Origin: Bacteroidales bacterium
Lineage (GTDB): Bacteria > Bacteroidota > Bacteroidia > Bacteroidales > Bacteroidaceae
Assembly: GCA_030528885.1 (NCBI GenBank)
Contig: JAUMXY010000005.1
Location: 6,924 to 70,923, forward strand
Direction of reading: 5' to 3'
Length of the DNA stretch: 64,000 nt
Positions within the stretch are counted from its first letter, which is position 1. Each line of letters starts with the position of its first letter. This document shows, in pieces, positions 1 through 10,148 of this stretch. The notes beneath the pieces were generated by a model. That model was not told the origin of the DNA, did not search any database, and saw only the letters and a list, made by a program, of their open reading frames with translations. The position numbers and the translations under genes are program-made.

Positions 1-1258
1 GCACCACCCTCCAGGGCTTGCACCGCACAATTTCTTCTTTTTTGTCTGCACCCTTGCTTTGTGCATAAGCAGCTAACAGAACCAGGAGAATTTGATACGG
101 CAATAGTTCGAAGGGATAGGAAAACATGGAGAAGATGAACAATGACAGCAAGGCGTAAAACAGGGAAAGACTCTGCTTGTAAAGGCTTATCATAATCCAT
201 GCGGCAGTTACTATACACAGCACCGCACCTGCCAATCCTTGTTCCACCACCACCTTCAAAAGGTCATTGAAGGCAAAGTCCGTTACACCACCCGATGCGA
301 ACAGCCCAGATGCAGGATGTTCCCGATACAATTCAGCGATACCGTCCGCACAAGCAGCTCGGAATCCGCCCACACCCACGCCCAACCAAGGCTGATGCCA
401 CCATGCCGTGAGGGATGCCATCCATGTCAACATGCGTCCGTCTGCCGAACCTTGCTTGGCAAGATAGAAACCCGCAGCCAACACAACAATGCTAATCCAT
501 ACCGCCAACCGATACTTCCAATATTTCTGTCGATACAGCCACAAGGCCACAATCCCCACGGAGACAAGGGCGGCACGGCTCCATGTGGCCGGCAATATCA
601 AAATCGCCATAAGAAGTGTCACTCGCGGCAACCAAGTCTGCAGCACTGGCAATAATGTTTTTAATGAGATGCGCACTTCATGCCCATGTCTTTCATTCAA
701 TTGTTCACTCACTATTTCTCCGTTTCCATGACGGGAAAGTGTCATGGAGAGAACCACTGCCATCATGAGGTACGCAGAATACGGGCCAGGGTTCTGAAAA
801 CTGCCTGTCATCAGATAGAGAGAGTGCCGGCTTGTTCCGCTTACCAACTGCCACACACCAAGTCCTGCTTCGTACACACCGCACAACAAGATTCCGTATA
901 TGATATATGTTGGTGACAACTGCGTCCACGACAGTATTCCTTTCAATGCCACATACAGCAATCCCATCTCCATCATTTTTAGGAATTCTGTTCCACAGGC
1001 ATACTCGTTCCCCATCCACACGCGCCCCACCACATATATCATCCACGTTGCCACCACCATATCGGTCCAACTCCACCGCAACAGTTTTCCTCCACACGGA
1101 AGATGCAGGATTATTGCCAAGGCCAGCATGACCAGCGTGCCCCATCCCAACACCACATGGCTGTCCGCCCAGCGTTGTTCCACATCCACCACTGTCAGCC
1201 ACAACAGAAAGGCGACTGCCATGCTTCCGATAATGATATGTACATACTTCTTCATCAT
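1..1258 (-). CDS. O-antigen ligase/Wzy-like polytopic membrane protein (3' end beyond window)
   Basis: Absent from the ORF track because there is no stop inside the window. My own minus-strand translation from the ATG at 1258 reads MMKKYVHIIIGSMAVAFLLWL... and stays open to position 1 (~419 codons). It has many hydrophobic helices and a ...SRAALVSVGIVALW...GVGVGGF... region typical of the O-antigen ligase family. The start overlaps the lepB stop (ATGATGA). Confidence 0.6.
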   Translation of the reverse strand, partial: MMKKYVHIIIGSMAVAFLLWLTVVDVEQRWADSHVVLGWGTLVMLALAIILHLPCGGKLLRWSWTDMVVATWMIYVVGRVWMGNEYACGTEFLKMMEMGLLYVALKGILSWTQLSPTYIIYGILLCGVYEAGLGVWQLVSGTSRHSLYLMTGSFQNPGPYSAYLMMAVVLSMTLSRHGNGEIVSEQLNERHGHEVRISLKTLLPVLQTWLPRVTLLMAILILPATWSRAALVSVGIVALWLYRQKYWKYRLAVWISIVVLAAGFYLAKQGSADGRMLTWMASLTAWWHQPWLGVGVGGFRAACADGIAELYREHPASGLFASGGVTDFAFNDLLKVVVEQGLAGAVLCIVTAAWIMISLYKQSLSLFYALLSLFIFSMFSYPFELLPYQILLVLLAAYAQSKGADKKEEIVRCKPWRVV

Positions 1259-2076
1259 CTGGTGTGTTTCTTATATATATAATCCACGACTCCTACCACA
1301 TATTCCTCTGGCACCAACCCCCAATAGCGGGAATCGTTAGAGTCCAAGACATTGTCTCCTGCCATGAAGTAGTAGTTGTGTTGCCAGCAATGCCGTTTCA
1401 GGGGCGCATCGCCAGCCCAGACCTCTCCTGTGTCCCAATCGCAGGTGACGGGCTTTCCCGTCTCCCATGCCAAGAAGATGTTGTACAATGTTGCTTCGTA
1501 TGGTGTGACCGTCATGATGTCTCCTTTTCTTGGCATGTACATCGGACCGAAGTTCCGTATGGTCCACCCAAACCGCTCATGGTGAGGGATGGTTGGCAAC
1601 AAGGGCTGCCACAGCACCGAGTCTGGCGTATTCTCCAATCGCTGTTGCTCTTCTTCCAATCCCAGCACCCCTTCAAAGTTGTTATTGCGATAGTGTCCAT
1701 CCACAATGCTCAAGCTATCCCCTGGTAAAGCCACGACACGTTTGCAGAACACGTTATTAATGACAAAACTGATGCGCCATTCATGATGTGGAAAGTTGAA
1801 CACCACAATGTCGTTATGGCGGAGCGGTCTCATCCCCTTTGTGCGCCACGATTCCAGTTCCTGTCCTGCGAGGTCAAAGTCCAGGTTTGAGTAGATTCGT
1901 GCTCCCATCAGCAGTTTGTTCACGATCACCTTGTCCCCAGGCTCCAATGTCGGGCACATCGACGAAGTGGGGATTGTGAAGTAGTCGAACACAAGGCAGC
2001 GCAGCAGCAGCCACACGCCATAAAGCGTCGGCACCGAGAGAAATCCCGTCAATATGTACTTCAACCACTTATACAT
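1255..2076 (-). CDS. lepB: signal peptidase I (S26 family)
   Basis: 273 aa. Carries SSMCPTLEPGD (Ser box), CKRVVALPGD (Lys box) and GDNVLDSNDSRYWGLVP (box E), plus an N-terminal TM anchor. Confidence 0.9.
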   Translation of the reverse strand: MYKWLKYILTGFLSVPTLYGVWLLLRCLVFDYFTIPTSSMCPTLEPGDKVIVNKLLMGARIYSNLDFDLAGQELESWRTKGMRPLRHNDIVVFNFPHHEWRISFVINNVFCKRVVALPGDSLSIVDGHYRNNNFEGVLGLEEEQQRLENTPDSVLWQPLLPTIPHHERFGWTIRNFGPMYMPRKGDIMTVTPYEATLYNIFLAWETGKPVTCDWDTGEVWAGDAPLKRHCWQHNYYFMAGDNVLDSNDSRYWGLVPEEYVVGVVDYIYKKHTR

Positions 2077-2096
2077 TACACATCTTTATCTGTTGA

Positions 2097-2567
2097 TTAT
2101 TTAGAGCTATTCATGGATTTGACATGAGCCATTATAAAAAGCACCAAGGCAAGCACCCACAGCACTATACTTTTCACAAAAGAACCTACAGGTGTGAAAT
2201 GCACCAATTCGCCGAAACATCCACATGACTCCACACTGCCGAACATCGTTGGGAAAAACAAATTGACACCAGTAAGCCAGACAAAGAATGTGAGCAGCAC
2301 CAAAGATAGGATGCTCATGCATCTGAGCATTCTTTTCCTGAATGCCAGCATTCCCACCAACAGTTCCGATGCACATACCCCGATGGCACATGGCATATTC
2401 CATCCATGCAACCATTGGGGCATATACAGGTCGATGTATTCACCGACCTCCATCGCAAAGGTGCGGATGCTGATTATCTTGAGCAAACTGGAAGCAACAA
2501 ATGTCACTCCCAGTACCATTGCCAGCACACGCACCAACGTTTCCTTATGTACTCTTTCTTTTTCCAA
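2097..2567 (-). CDS. MauE/DoxX-family redox-associated membrane protein
   Basis: 156 aa with about 4 TM helices and the CGCFGE motif characteristic of MauE-type proteins. Confidence 0.7.
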   Translation of the reverse strand: MEKERVHKETLVRVLAMVLGVTFVASSLLKIISIRTFAMEVGEYIDLYMPQWLHGWNMPCAIGVCASELLVGMLAFRKRMLRCMSILSLVLLTFFVWLTGVNLFFPTMFGSVESCGCFGELVHFTPVGSFVKSIVLWVLALVLFIMAHVKSMNSSK

Positions 2568-2820
2568 ATCTCATTTGCCTTTTATTGTATGTTACCTTTA
2601 TCACCGATCTGCACACAAAACAATCAGCGGAAGACCTTAAAATGTCAAAGAACGTTTTTTGTTACAAACCTTCCCCCTAATTCTCTCTCATCATTATGCG
2701 CGGATGGTTTAGTCTATCTTCCTCCGTTGTTTTTCCTGGTCAATAACCAGTTTTGTAGAATCCTCCCCATTCTTCTTGATTTCGATTCTTTCTTATGTCT
2801 AACTAAGAATACCATATTTT

Positions 2821-3426
2821 TCATTTTCTCATTCCTCCACTATCATGGGAATACTCTTCTTCTAAAGATGCAATGGTCTTTTTGTACAATTGGGTGAGTT
2901 TCTCGTTGCCGAATGGCTCACCCACCAACACAATCTTATTTTCTTTATTCAACAGAAATGTCTTATTCCGAGCCAAAACATCAAGTTTATTTACCTCGCC
3001 AAATACCGATGTGTCATAATACATCAATGGACATGGCAGACGCATAGAATCAATGTTCTCGAACAGCACATCTTTCTCTTGGGTCTGCACGACAATCACG
3101 TATGCCACTTCCGAATCTATCTCTTTCACTTCATCAATCCAGGCATGCAACATCCTCACACCGCATGAGGTACAGGGAAGGTTGTCTATGTATGACACCA
3201 CCTTTATATCCTTAGTCAATAAAGAATCGACAGACAAAGAATCATTGCTGGACAGCGACACATAACCATCAGGAAATGTAATCTCACACCCTGATAACTC
3301 CTGGATTTCTTTGATTAGGCGGTCGTTGTTGTTGCAAGAACAGAGGAACACAAATGTCAGCATCATGATTATAACAAATGCTGTTCTGTTCCTATATTTG
3401 TTTTTACAATATTTTAGACAAGTCAT
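2821..3426 (-). CDS. TlpA-like thioredoxin-fold lipoprotein (module 1)
   Basis: 201 aa with lipobox FLCSC and a CxxC motif (PCTSCG). About 85% identical by eye to the paralog at 7867..8427. The true start may be the internal MML at 3366. Confidence 0.75.
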   Translation of the reverse strand: MTCLKYCKNKYRNRTAFVIIMMLTFVFLCSCNNNDRLIKEIQELSGCEITFPDGYVSLSSNDSLSVDSLLTKDIKVVSYIDNLPCTSCGVRMLHAWIDEVKEIDSEVAYVIVVQTQEKDVLFENIDSMRLPCPLMYYDTSVFGEVNKLDVLARNKTFLLNKENKIVLVGEPFGNEKLTQLYKKTIASLEEEYSHDSGGMRK

Positions 3427-4501
3427 AACGAACCGTATTTCCTTCTACATCAACAGCATAAATTGCATTGGCCACTTCGTTGTAAGTAAAACATATTATT
3501 TTCCCTTTCAAAATCACAGATGTGATGAAGTTTCCACTCCAATCAAAAATTCTCATCTCTGGATTATTGGGGATTTGCTCTTCAGCATCTGGATCTGTTA
3601 TGCTTATTTTCCCATTATGCCAAATAAATATATATGAATCAGAAAGGGCATAATTAACTATTTGCAATTTTAACTTACTTCGTACATCTTCTTTACTTAG
3701 TGAATGGAGACTTTCAAAGTAATCATCACTTTCCTTCTTGGGTTTTACACCTATTGTTTTTCCCTTTTTCAGATCAACTATCGTAAAACGGTCCTGAAAA
3801 AATGGAAGTTCTATGCATTTTGTCAGATCAGGAGACATTTCAAGACATGCCATATACAATTCATTATCTATTCCATTCTCATTGGACAATATTGATGGAT
3901 ATGCTGAGTAGGATTTACATTCCTTGCCTTTATAGACATCTATTCTTGATGCTGAATTAACATAATCGCGAGCATCACCTTCAAACCCGTATGGCAGATA
4001 TTCTACACGATTACTGTCCGTCAGCCAGAATGTCGATAAATTCATACCCACATGTATGTTTTTCACATTCTTTTCCAAAACACATTTTGATTGGGAAAGA
4101 GTAGATGTCAGATTGATTCTTTTAGTATTTAGTGATTCCCTGAAACACATTATCAAATCGCCCTTTTGGTTTTTCCTGAAATAACAACTATTAGGAATCT
4201 CTTCAAATTCCACTTTGGAATGACCAACTTCGCCAAATTCTGCAATGACTGAATCATTTTTTGCATTCATCACATGAACCAGTGGTGAAGAATACGAGAA
4301 ATAAATCACTAAATCTTTGTAATTGCATGCTGCATAAAGATCCTTGTTAATACCAACACTTATGGGTTTGCCTGAGATGGAATCGGGATACTCGGGAAAA
4401 TCCACTTCCACCAATTCATCTGTTGCATAATATTTGTCTTTAGTACATGAGACAAAACAAAGCAGTAAAACTGCAACGCCAAATATACAATTCTTGTTCA
4501 T
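3404..4501 (-). CDS. beta-propeller-type lipoprotein (6-bladed / BF3164-like family, module 1)
   Basis: ORF 3404..4615 trimmed to MNKNCIFGVAVLLLCFVSC (lipobox) at 4501. The family assignment is recalled from typical NVEALA neighbourhoods and was not searched. The paralog at 8429..9550 is only ~35% identical. Confidence 0.55.
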   Translation of the reverse strand: MNKNCIFGVAVLLLCFVSCTKDKYYATDELVEVDFPEYPDSISGKPISVGINKDLYAACNYKDLVIYFSYSSPLVHVMNAKNDSVIAEFGEVGHSKVEFEEIPNSCYFRKNQKGDLIMCFRESLNTKRINLTSTLSQSKCVLEKNVKNIHVGMNLSTFWLTDSNRVEYLPYGFEGDARDYVNSASRIDVYKGKECKSYSAYPSILSNENGIDNELYMACLEMSPDLTKCIELPFFQDRFTIVDLKKGKTIGVKPKKESDDYFESLHSLSKEDVRSKLKLQIVNYALSDSYIFIWHNGKISITDPDAEEQIPNNPEMRIFDWSGNFITSVILKGKIICFTYNEVANAIYAVDVEGNTVRYDLSKIL

Positions 4502-4571
4502 AAGAATACAAAGTTTACATGAGGGTAAGTCAAAAGTAGTTGGCCCGCCCTCATGATAAAACAATTTTTCT

Positions 4572-4943
4572 TTATTTATAAACACACCAATGTTGGTGAT
4601 CACCTCCGGCACCATTCATTCTTCGATAACCTTTTTTTGAGCACTTAGTCTGATTGTTATATGCAGTTTCTTGTGTAAATTCATAGTTCATTTCGGAGCA
4701 GATATATTCTTTAACTTTCTGATACCCATACATACCAGGGGTGTCTTCTCCGTAAGTATAACACTCATGTGCCGGCAGTTTATTTGAATTGCCTTCACCA
4801 CCTGCATTTCCAGCCAATGCCTCAATATTCTGCATCAGCAGGCTGTTGTCCTGTGCTCCGTAAGCACCGTAAGTTTGGTAGGCGGCAAATCCTGCTGCCA
4901 TTACCACTGCGGCTGCTATGCCGCATTTGATTGATTTTCTCAT
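4572..4943 (-). CDS. NVEALA-family Cys-containing secreted/anchored peptide (module 1)
   Basis: 123 aa. N-terminal hydrophobic segment, LLMQNIEALAG motif, Gly-rich stretch (GNAGGEGN), then a variable C-terminus with 4 Cys. Confidence 0.7.
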   Translation of the reverse strand: MRKSIKCGIAAAVVMAAGFAAYQTYGAYGAQDNSLLMQNIEALAGNAGGEGNSNKLPAHECYTYGEDTPGMYGYQKVKEYICSEMNYEFTQETAYNNQTKCSKKGYRRMNGAGGDHQHWCVYK

Positions 4944-5055
4944 TAGTTTTTTTAAATTTTAATTATTAATTTTCCTCCTACTCTATAAGCTTTTCGGATT
5001 CCGCTTTTTTCTTAAATTCAAACTGTCAACTGTCAACTCTCAACTTTACGAAAAA

Positions 5056-7830
5056 TTACCACCACACTTGTTCACCTTTCTCGTAAGTGAAGATGCGCTC
5101 CTCATGCCCCTTGGTCTTGTCACGGAGCACATACAATCCACCACTGGGGACATTCTTGAAGGTGAGCACATTGCTGGCTGCTATCTGCGTGTCCAAAAGT
5201 GCCCAGTCTCCATCCTTCCAATAGACAAGTTCATATTCATCTCCAATCTCCACGCCATTGCCGTCGTTTCGAGGAATAAATTTGAACTTGCTGATTTGTT
5301 GTGGTAAAGAGAGTTTCAAACCTACCCAATGACCATCGGGACTGACACCGCTGAAGCCTGTGAGGATGTCACCGTCAAAGACTTTCTCCTTGCTTGCCCA
5401 AGGGTCGCCCTCTGTGCCGATGATGGTGCCCGAGAGTTTCTTTCCGTCAATGCCGTAGAACTCCAGTTCGTTGATGTTGCAGTGGGAACCCATCGGTCCA
5501 ATATAGCGGAGGTAACGGTACTTACCCTCATCATTGACAGGTATCTCATACCAGTTACCATTGGTCAAACCCTCGAATGTGTAAAAAGTTTTCGCATCGG
5601 AGAAATAGGGCAGATTCGCCCCTTGGAATCGTCCGCCTGACATACGGGCATTGAAGAAGTCCTCCTTACCCATGAAAGGATATTTACGCAACAATTTGAG
5701 TGTGATGCGCTTTTTCTCATTGCGTTGAATGGTCTGAACCGTTCCGTCGCCCTTAATCAAAAACGGTTCACCGAAGGGCACTATTTGTCCGTGCTCATAG
5801 AATGCTGCCATATAGACGATGTTACGTCCCATCGAAGTGAAAGTGACTTTTCCGTCTCGGATGTTGCCATAAAAGACTGGGACCCAGTTGCGGTTGTCAA
5901 ACACACAGATGTAAGCGACATGTTTATCGGCATATTCGGTAGGCACGTCACGCACAACATCGGTGGTCTCATAGTACTCATCGGTGACATCCGTGAATTT
6001 GGGTGCATTGAAGAGCTGCGGCACTTCCTCCTCCTGACTGAGGTCTCTGGTGTACTGTTCGTTTAGCTGGAAACGGTGACGGAACACCTTGGGCTTCTTG
6101 TAACTGTGGTAGTAGTGTACGGTGTCGGCAGGGGCGCATCCCATGTAGAATGGTGTAGCCTTGCCATCGGACAGGACTATGACAGGCCATGCGTGTGAAT
6201 TGCTGCGGTTGCCCCAGTGGGGTGTGAAATCAACCGTAGCTGGGATGCCGAGGCTGCGGCAGAGATAAACCGTGTAGTCCGCCTCGTCACGGCAGTTGCC
6301 TGTCTTGCCACTGAGCAAGGAACTGGCACGAGGGGGCAGAGAGCTTTCATAACCAATCCACTCAAATTGTCCCGTAATATCGAATAGGCGTAATGCCTCT
6401 GAGAGGGCACTGTCCAAACGGAAGAGGGAACTATATGTGGGATTCTTGCCTTTGCGCTCGATCTTCCACAATTGCGTGTCCTTGCCTGTGTATGGGTTTT
6501 GGGCAAGAGTGTCTGTATTCCCAACAGACTTGGCTTCGAGGAAAAGACCACTGTCTTTGTTCATAATACGGTAGTGTCCATCGCCTGTAGGGAGGAATAC
6601 CCATTTCTGGTTGCTGCCATTGAGAGCATGGTAAAGACCGACAGGAGAGTTGTATTTGACACTGCAGTATTCTGTTTCCAAACAAAAATCAGAATCTGGG
6701 TAACAGACTGAGATACCCCAGCAGGCATAGCCCTTGTAATCAAGACGTAGCAGTTGAGTGCTATCACCTTCAACAAAACGCTTGAGGGTGGCAACACAGG
6801 GAAGAGGGTGGGGGTGCAGCCCAATGGTCAGGTACCGTCCCGTATGCTTGTTGCTAATCTGGCAGTAATTGCTGGAATAGTCCTCAGCGCACTCTGGATG
6901 ATAGAGTTCGCTTGCTGTCACTTGCAAGTAGTCAAGTCCAATGGTGTCGCCAGCGTAGGCGAAGGTGAGGGTGTTGGTGCCCTTTTTCAGGGTGACCAGG
7001 GTGGCACTCCTGCTGGTCAGGAAATTCTTGAGGGAGTTGGCTGGGTGCAGGGGTACAGTCGGGATTGATTTCCCGTTGAGGGTCAGGGCGACACGTGCCC
7101 GACGGGCTGTAGCCGTATAACGGAGGAAGAGCACCTTGCGGGTCTCGGCAGGGACGGTGTAGGTGTAGGTGACCTTCGCACCGTCGTGGTCAAGCATGAC
7201 CATCTTGCCCTCCGAGGCACTTTCCGTTTCTGTCAGATTGCCTGTGAAGTCTGCATCTTCCGCCTCCATCTGTTCACCACGCTTACTCCATACGACAGGT
7301 TCGGTCAGATAGGGATGCGCCTCGGCAATGATCGTGCGCCAGTCGCTGAGGGGTTCATTGAGGATGCGGTAAGGCAACACATAATTGAAGAAAAGTTCTT
7401 CATCATAGTCATCCTGCCATGAGGAGCGTCGCCATGTGTCACAAGCCTCGTCGATGGCATGGATCAAGTAGGCCGCCTTGACGGTCTGGATATCGATGGC
7501 AAACCGCTGGTCGGAGAAACGAATGCTGTCGGTACGTTCCTTGAAGAATTTATTACGTTCTGGCAAGGGTTCGTCCGCCATTTGAAGATATATGCTGTCG
7601 TATGCCTCGATGGCTTTACCTTCGTAAGTGTAGTGGTAGGGCATGTTCTCAATCAGGAACTTGGCTGCACGATATTTCAGGGAATCGGGGTCATCCTTGA
7701 AATGCGCCAGAACCTTCTCCATCTCCCCACGGTTCTCACCCGCCTGCTGAAGGGCACGGTCAAGATTCCTGTTGCATGCCACACACAGAAGAAACGCTAC
7801 AAGGAGGGTATATGTGCTAATTATTTTCAT
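5056..7830 (-). CDS. multidomain lipoprotein: transglutaminase-like core + CBM-like + ricin-B-like + F5/8 type C (discoidin)-like
   Basis: ORF 5056..7866 trimmed to MKIISTYTLLVAFLLCVAC (lipobox). Domain signs: GNCRDEADYTVYLCRSLGIP...SHAWPVI (transglutaminase Cys/His core), QxW-type repeats (NQKWVF, TQLWKI), and a C-terminal NINELEFYG discoidin-like segment. Confidence 0.7.
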   Translation of the reverse strand: MKIISTYTLLVAFLLCVACNRNLDRALQQAGENRGEMEKVLAHFKDDPDSLKYRAAKFLIENMPYHYTYEGKAIEAYDSIYLQMADEPLPERNKFFKERTDSIRFSDQRFAIDIQTVKAAYLIHAIDEACDTWRRSSWQDDYDEELFFNYVLPYRILNEPLSDWRTIIAEAHPYLTEPVVWSKRGEQMEAEDADFTGNLTETESASEGKMVMLDHDGAKVTYTYTVPAETRKVLFLRYTATARRARVALTLNGKSIPTVPLHPANSLKNFLTSRSATLVTLKKGTNTLTFAYAGDTIGLDYLQVTASELYHPECAEDYSSNYCQISNKHTGRYLTIGLHPHPLPCVATLKRFVEGDSTQLLRLDYKGYACWGISVCYPDSDFCLETEYCSVKYNSPVGLYHALNGSNQKWVFLPTGDGHYRIMNKDSGLFLEAKSVGNTDTLAQNPYTGKDTQLWKIERKGKNPTYSSLFRLDSALSEALRLFDITGQFEWIGYESSLPPRASSLLSGKTGNCRDEADYTVYLCRSLGIPATVDFTPHWGNRSNSHAWPVIVLSDGKATPFYMGCAPADTVHYYHSYKKPKVFRHRFQLNEQYTRDLSQEEEVPQLFNAPKFTDVTDEYYETTDVVRDVPTEYADKHVAYICVFDNRNWVPVFYGNIRDGKVTFTSMGRNIVYMAAFYEHGQIVPFGEPFLIKGDGTVQTIQRNEKKRITLKLLRKYPFMGKEDFFNARMSGGRFQGANLPYFSDAKTFYTFEGLTNGNWYEIPVNDEGKYRYLRYIGPMGSHCNINELEFYGIDGKKLSGTIIGTEGDPWASKEKVFDGDILTGFSGVSPDGHWVGLKLSLPQQISKFKFIPRNDGNGVEIGDEYELVYWKDGDWALLDTQIAASNVLTFKNVPSGGLYVLRDKTKGHEERIFTYEKGEQVWW

Positions 7831-7866
7831 TGGCTTTTCTTTTTTCTCGCTCCATAACATATACAA

Positions 7867-8427
7867 TTATTCTTCATGAGCATATTCCTCCCTCAATGAG
7901 GCAATGGTATTTTTGTATAGTTGAGTGAGTTTCTCATTACCGAACGGTTCGCCAACAAGAACTATTCTGTTCTCCTTGTTCAGAAGAAAGGTTTTGTTGC
8001 GAGCTAGAACGTCCAGTTCATTCACCTCATCAAAGACCGATGTGTCATAATACATCAATGGACATGGCAGGCGCATCGAATCAATGTTCTCAAACAACAC
8101 ATTTTTATCTTGGGTTTGTACAACGATCACGTATGCCACTTCGGGGTCAATTTCTTTCACTTCTTCTATCCATGCATGCAACATCTTCACTCCGCATGAG
8201 GTACAAGGAAAATCATCAATGTATGAAACCATCTTAATATCCTTTGTCAATAAAGAATCCACAGATAGGGAATCGTGATAAGACAAAGATTCATATCCTG
8301 TCGGGAATGTAATCTTGCGTCCAGATAATGCCTGAACTTCTTTGATTAGACGATCATTATTGTTGCAAGAACAAAGAAAAGCTAGGAGCACAAACGAGAT
8401 AACCATCTCCTTTGATTGCTTCATCAT
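7867..8427 (-). CDS. TlpA-like thioredoxin-fold lipoprotein (module 2)
   Basis: ORF 7867..8475 trimmed to MMKQSKEMVISFVLLAFLCSC (lipobox). Has a PCTSCG CxxC motif and is near-identical in architecture to 2821..3426. Confidence 0.75.
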   Translation of the reverse strand: MMKQSKEMVISFVLLAFLCSCNNNDRLIKEVQALSGRKITFPTGYESLSYHDSLSVDSLLTKDIKMVSYIDDFPCTSCGVKMLHAWIEEVKEIDPEVAYVIVVQTQDKNVLFENIDSMRLPCPLMYYDTSVFDEVNELDVLARNKTFLLNKENRIVLVGEPFGNEKLTQLYKNTIASLREEYAHEE

Positions 8428-8428
8428 A

Positions 8429-9550
8429 CTACAGATATTTTGAAAGATCATATTTGTAAAGTATTCCATCATCATAACTTAAACCATACATTTGGCAAGT
8501 TTTCTCATTATATGCCATGAAATCAATTCTTTCAGCCAAACACAAAGAGAACAATTGATTTCCTTGCCAATCAAATGCTATTAGCTTCCTGTTTTTGTTG
8601 GTTTCTGCACGATGCCACTCTTTATATTTGCGTCCATCACGTATGACAAAAACATATTTGTTAGAAAGACACAATCCCGCATTGCAAATTTTAACGAATT
8701 CTTCAAAGTCTTTTGGAGACTTGTGTTCTTCTAAATCGCTAAATCCATAACATTTTTTCTCCTTTAGACCTATTACAGTGGCATTCTTTATGTCGATTAT
8801 GTTGATGATATCAATATAGGCAAGTGCCTCCACTACTTTTTCCTTATTGGGAGCCATTTTTGTCGTTGAACCATATGTCATCATCAAAACCGGATAATCA
8901 CTACTATTAATCAGCATGGGATATAAGTCTATTTCCTTCAGTTTCTGTTTTTCGATAATCACAAACTTGGGTGGAAAGAATATGTTGTCACGGGCATCTT
9001 CATATATAACTCCTTGACGAACAAAATACTTATCCTGGGAAATCTTAAAAAATTCATAACTTTTGTATTTTTGGTCTAAGATGTCCTCCAATACACAATT
9101 ATCTCTTATAATAGACTTGCTAAGATTAACAACCTTTGTTTTAATACCATCATCAGAAAAACACATACAAATATCATTACTAGTGTTTTTTTCGAAATAA
9201 CAATTATTGGGCGTTGATATGAATTCATTTTTTGCATGACCAATGTTACCGAACTGAGCCACAATGGAATCGTTGTTCATGTTCAAAATCGTAAAAACAT
9301 GTGATGCACTTGGATTTTCCATAATCACAAGTAAAGAATCACAACAATCTAATCCCATGGCATTCAAACCATAATAGTTTGAAATGCATGTCCCAGAAAT
9401 AGTATCAATTGGATTTTTCACTACATATTCCAACAGTTTATTTGGACTATAATATTTGTGTTGCTTATTAACACACGAGACAAATATTGCCATAATGCCT
9501 GCGCATATAATAAATGCGCAGGCGATTTTGTTCTTTATATAGTAATACAT
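8429..9550 (-). CDS. beta-propeller-type lipoprotein (module 2)
   Basis: ORF 8429..9715 trimmed to MYYYIKNKIACAFIICAGIMAIFVSC (lipobox). Collinear with 3404..4501, sharing ...DSI(V/I)A(E/Q)FG..GH(S/A)K.EF...PN.CYF.... Confidence 0.55.
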   Translation of the reverse strand: MYYYIKNKIACAFIICAGIMAIFVSCVNKQHKYYSPNKLLEYVVKNPIDTISGTCISNYYGLNAMGLDCCDSLLVIMENPSASHVFTILNMNNDSIVAQFGNIGHAKNEFISTPNNCYFEKNTSNDICMCFSDDGIKTKVVNLSKSIIRDNCVLEDILDQKYKSYEFFKISQDKYFVRQGVIYEDARDNIFFPPKFVIIEKQKLKEIDLYPMLINSSDYPVLMMTYGSTTKMAPNKEKVVEALAYIDIINIIDIKNATVIGLKEKKCYGFSDLEEHKSPKDFEEFVKICNAGLCLSNKYVFVIRDGRKYKEWHRAETNKNRKLIAFDWQGNQLFSLCLAERIDFMAYNEKTCQMYGLSYDDGILYKYDLSKYL

Positions 9551-9587
9551 TAATGTAACATAATCTAAGTTCTTAAATAAGAGTTTT

Positions 9588-9944
9588 TTACAAGAGACAA
9601 AGTCCCCATGCTTTCTCTGAAGGTTCTGCGTCAGGATAGAGTGTTGCCTCATTACAAGGCTCATGATGACCAGGTCCACACTTTCCTTGTATACACAAAG
9701 TCGTTCCAGGTGCACATTGAGGAACTTTCCCTTGCCAATTTTGTCTAGTTGTTACATCTTTACAACAATACTGAGTGTCTACCCCTCCACTACCATTTTC
9801 ACCATCCTGACTCAATGCTTCCAGATTCTCCGTCAATAAAACATTGTCAACATTCTCGTAAGCTTCGTACGCTTTCCATGCTCCGAGGCTAGACACCACC
9901 ACGGCGACCACTGCAAAAGTGGATTTGGCAATTGCTTTCTTCAT
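9588..9944 (-). CDS. NVEALA-family Cys-rich peptide (module 2)
   Basis: 118 aa. N-terminal hydrophobic segment, LLTENLEALSQ motif, GENGSGG, then a C-terminus with 7 Cys that is unrelated to module 1. Confidence 0.7.
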   Translation of the reverse strand: MKKAIAKSTFAVVAVVVSSLGAWKAYEAYENVDNVLLTENLEALSQDGENGSGGVDTQYCCKDVTTRQNWQGKVPQCAPGTTLCIQGKCGPGHHEPCNEATLYPDAEPSEKAWGLCLL

Positions 9945-10148
9945 AATTTTTGTTCTATTTAATCATTTTCCTACTCGTATCGTTTTTCGGTTCCACGCCT
10001 TTTTGCCTGTATGGTCAGCAGTCTATACTATTATTTAATCCATTCTATTTAGTCACTCACTGCTATTCTATCTATTTTCATTTCCTGTTTCAATATGGTT
10101 CGGATAATATGCACAGCAGCAACAGTGACAAGGATGGAGGCTGTCTTC

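Noticed and set aside
239-1340. Several 74-165-aa ORFs on both strands (239..655+, 489..731+, 705..1202-, 900..1340+)
   Set aside because: Their translations are low-complexity or His/Pro/Cys-rich and not protein-like. A different minus-strand frame gives one continuous 419-codon polytopic membrane protein from 1258 to the window edge, which explains the region.
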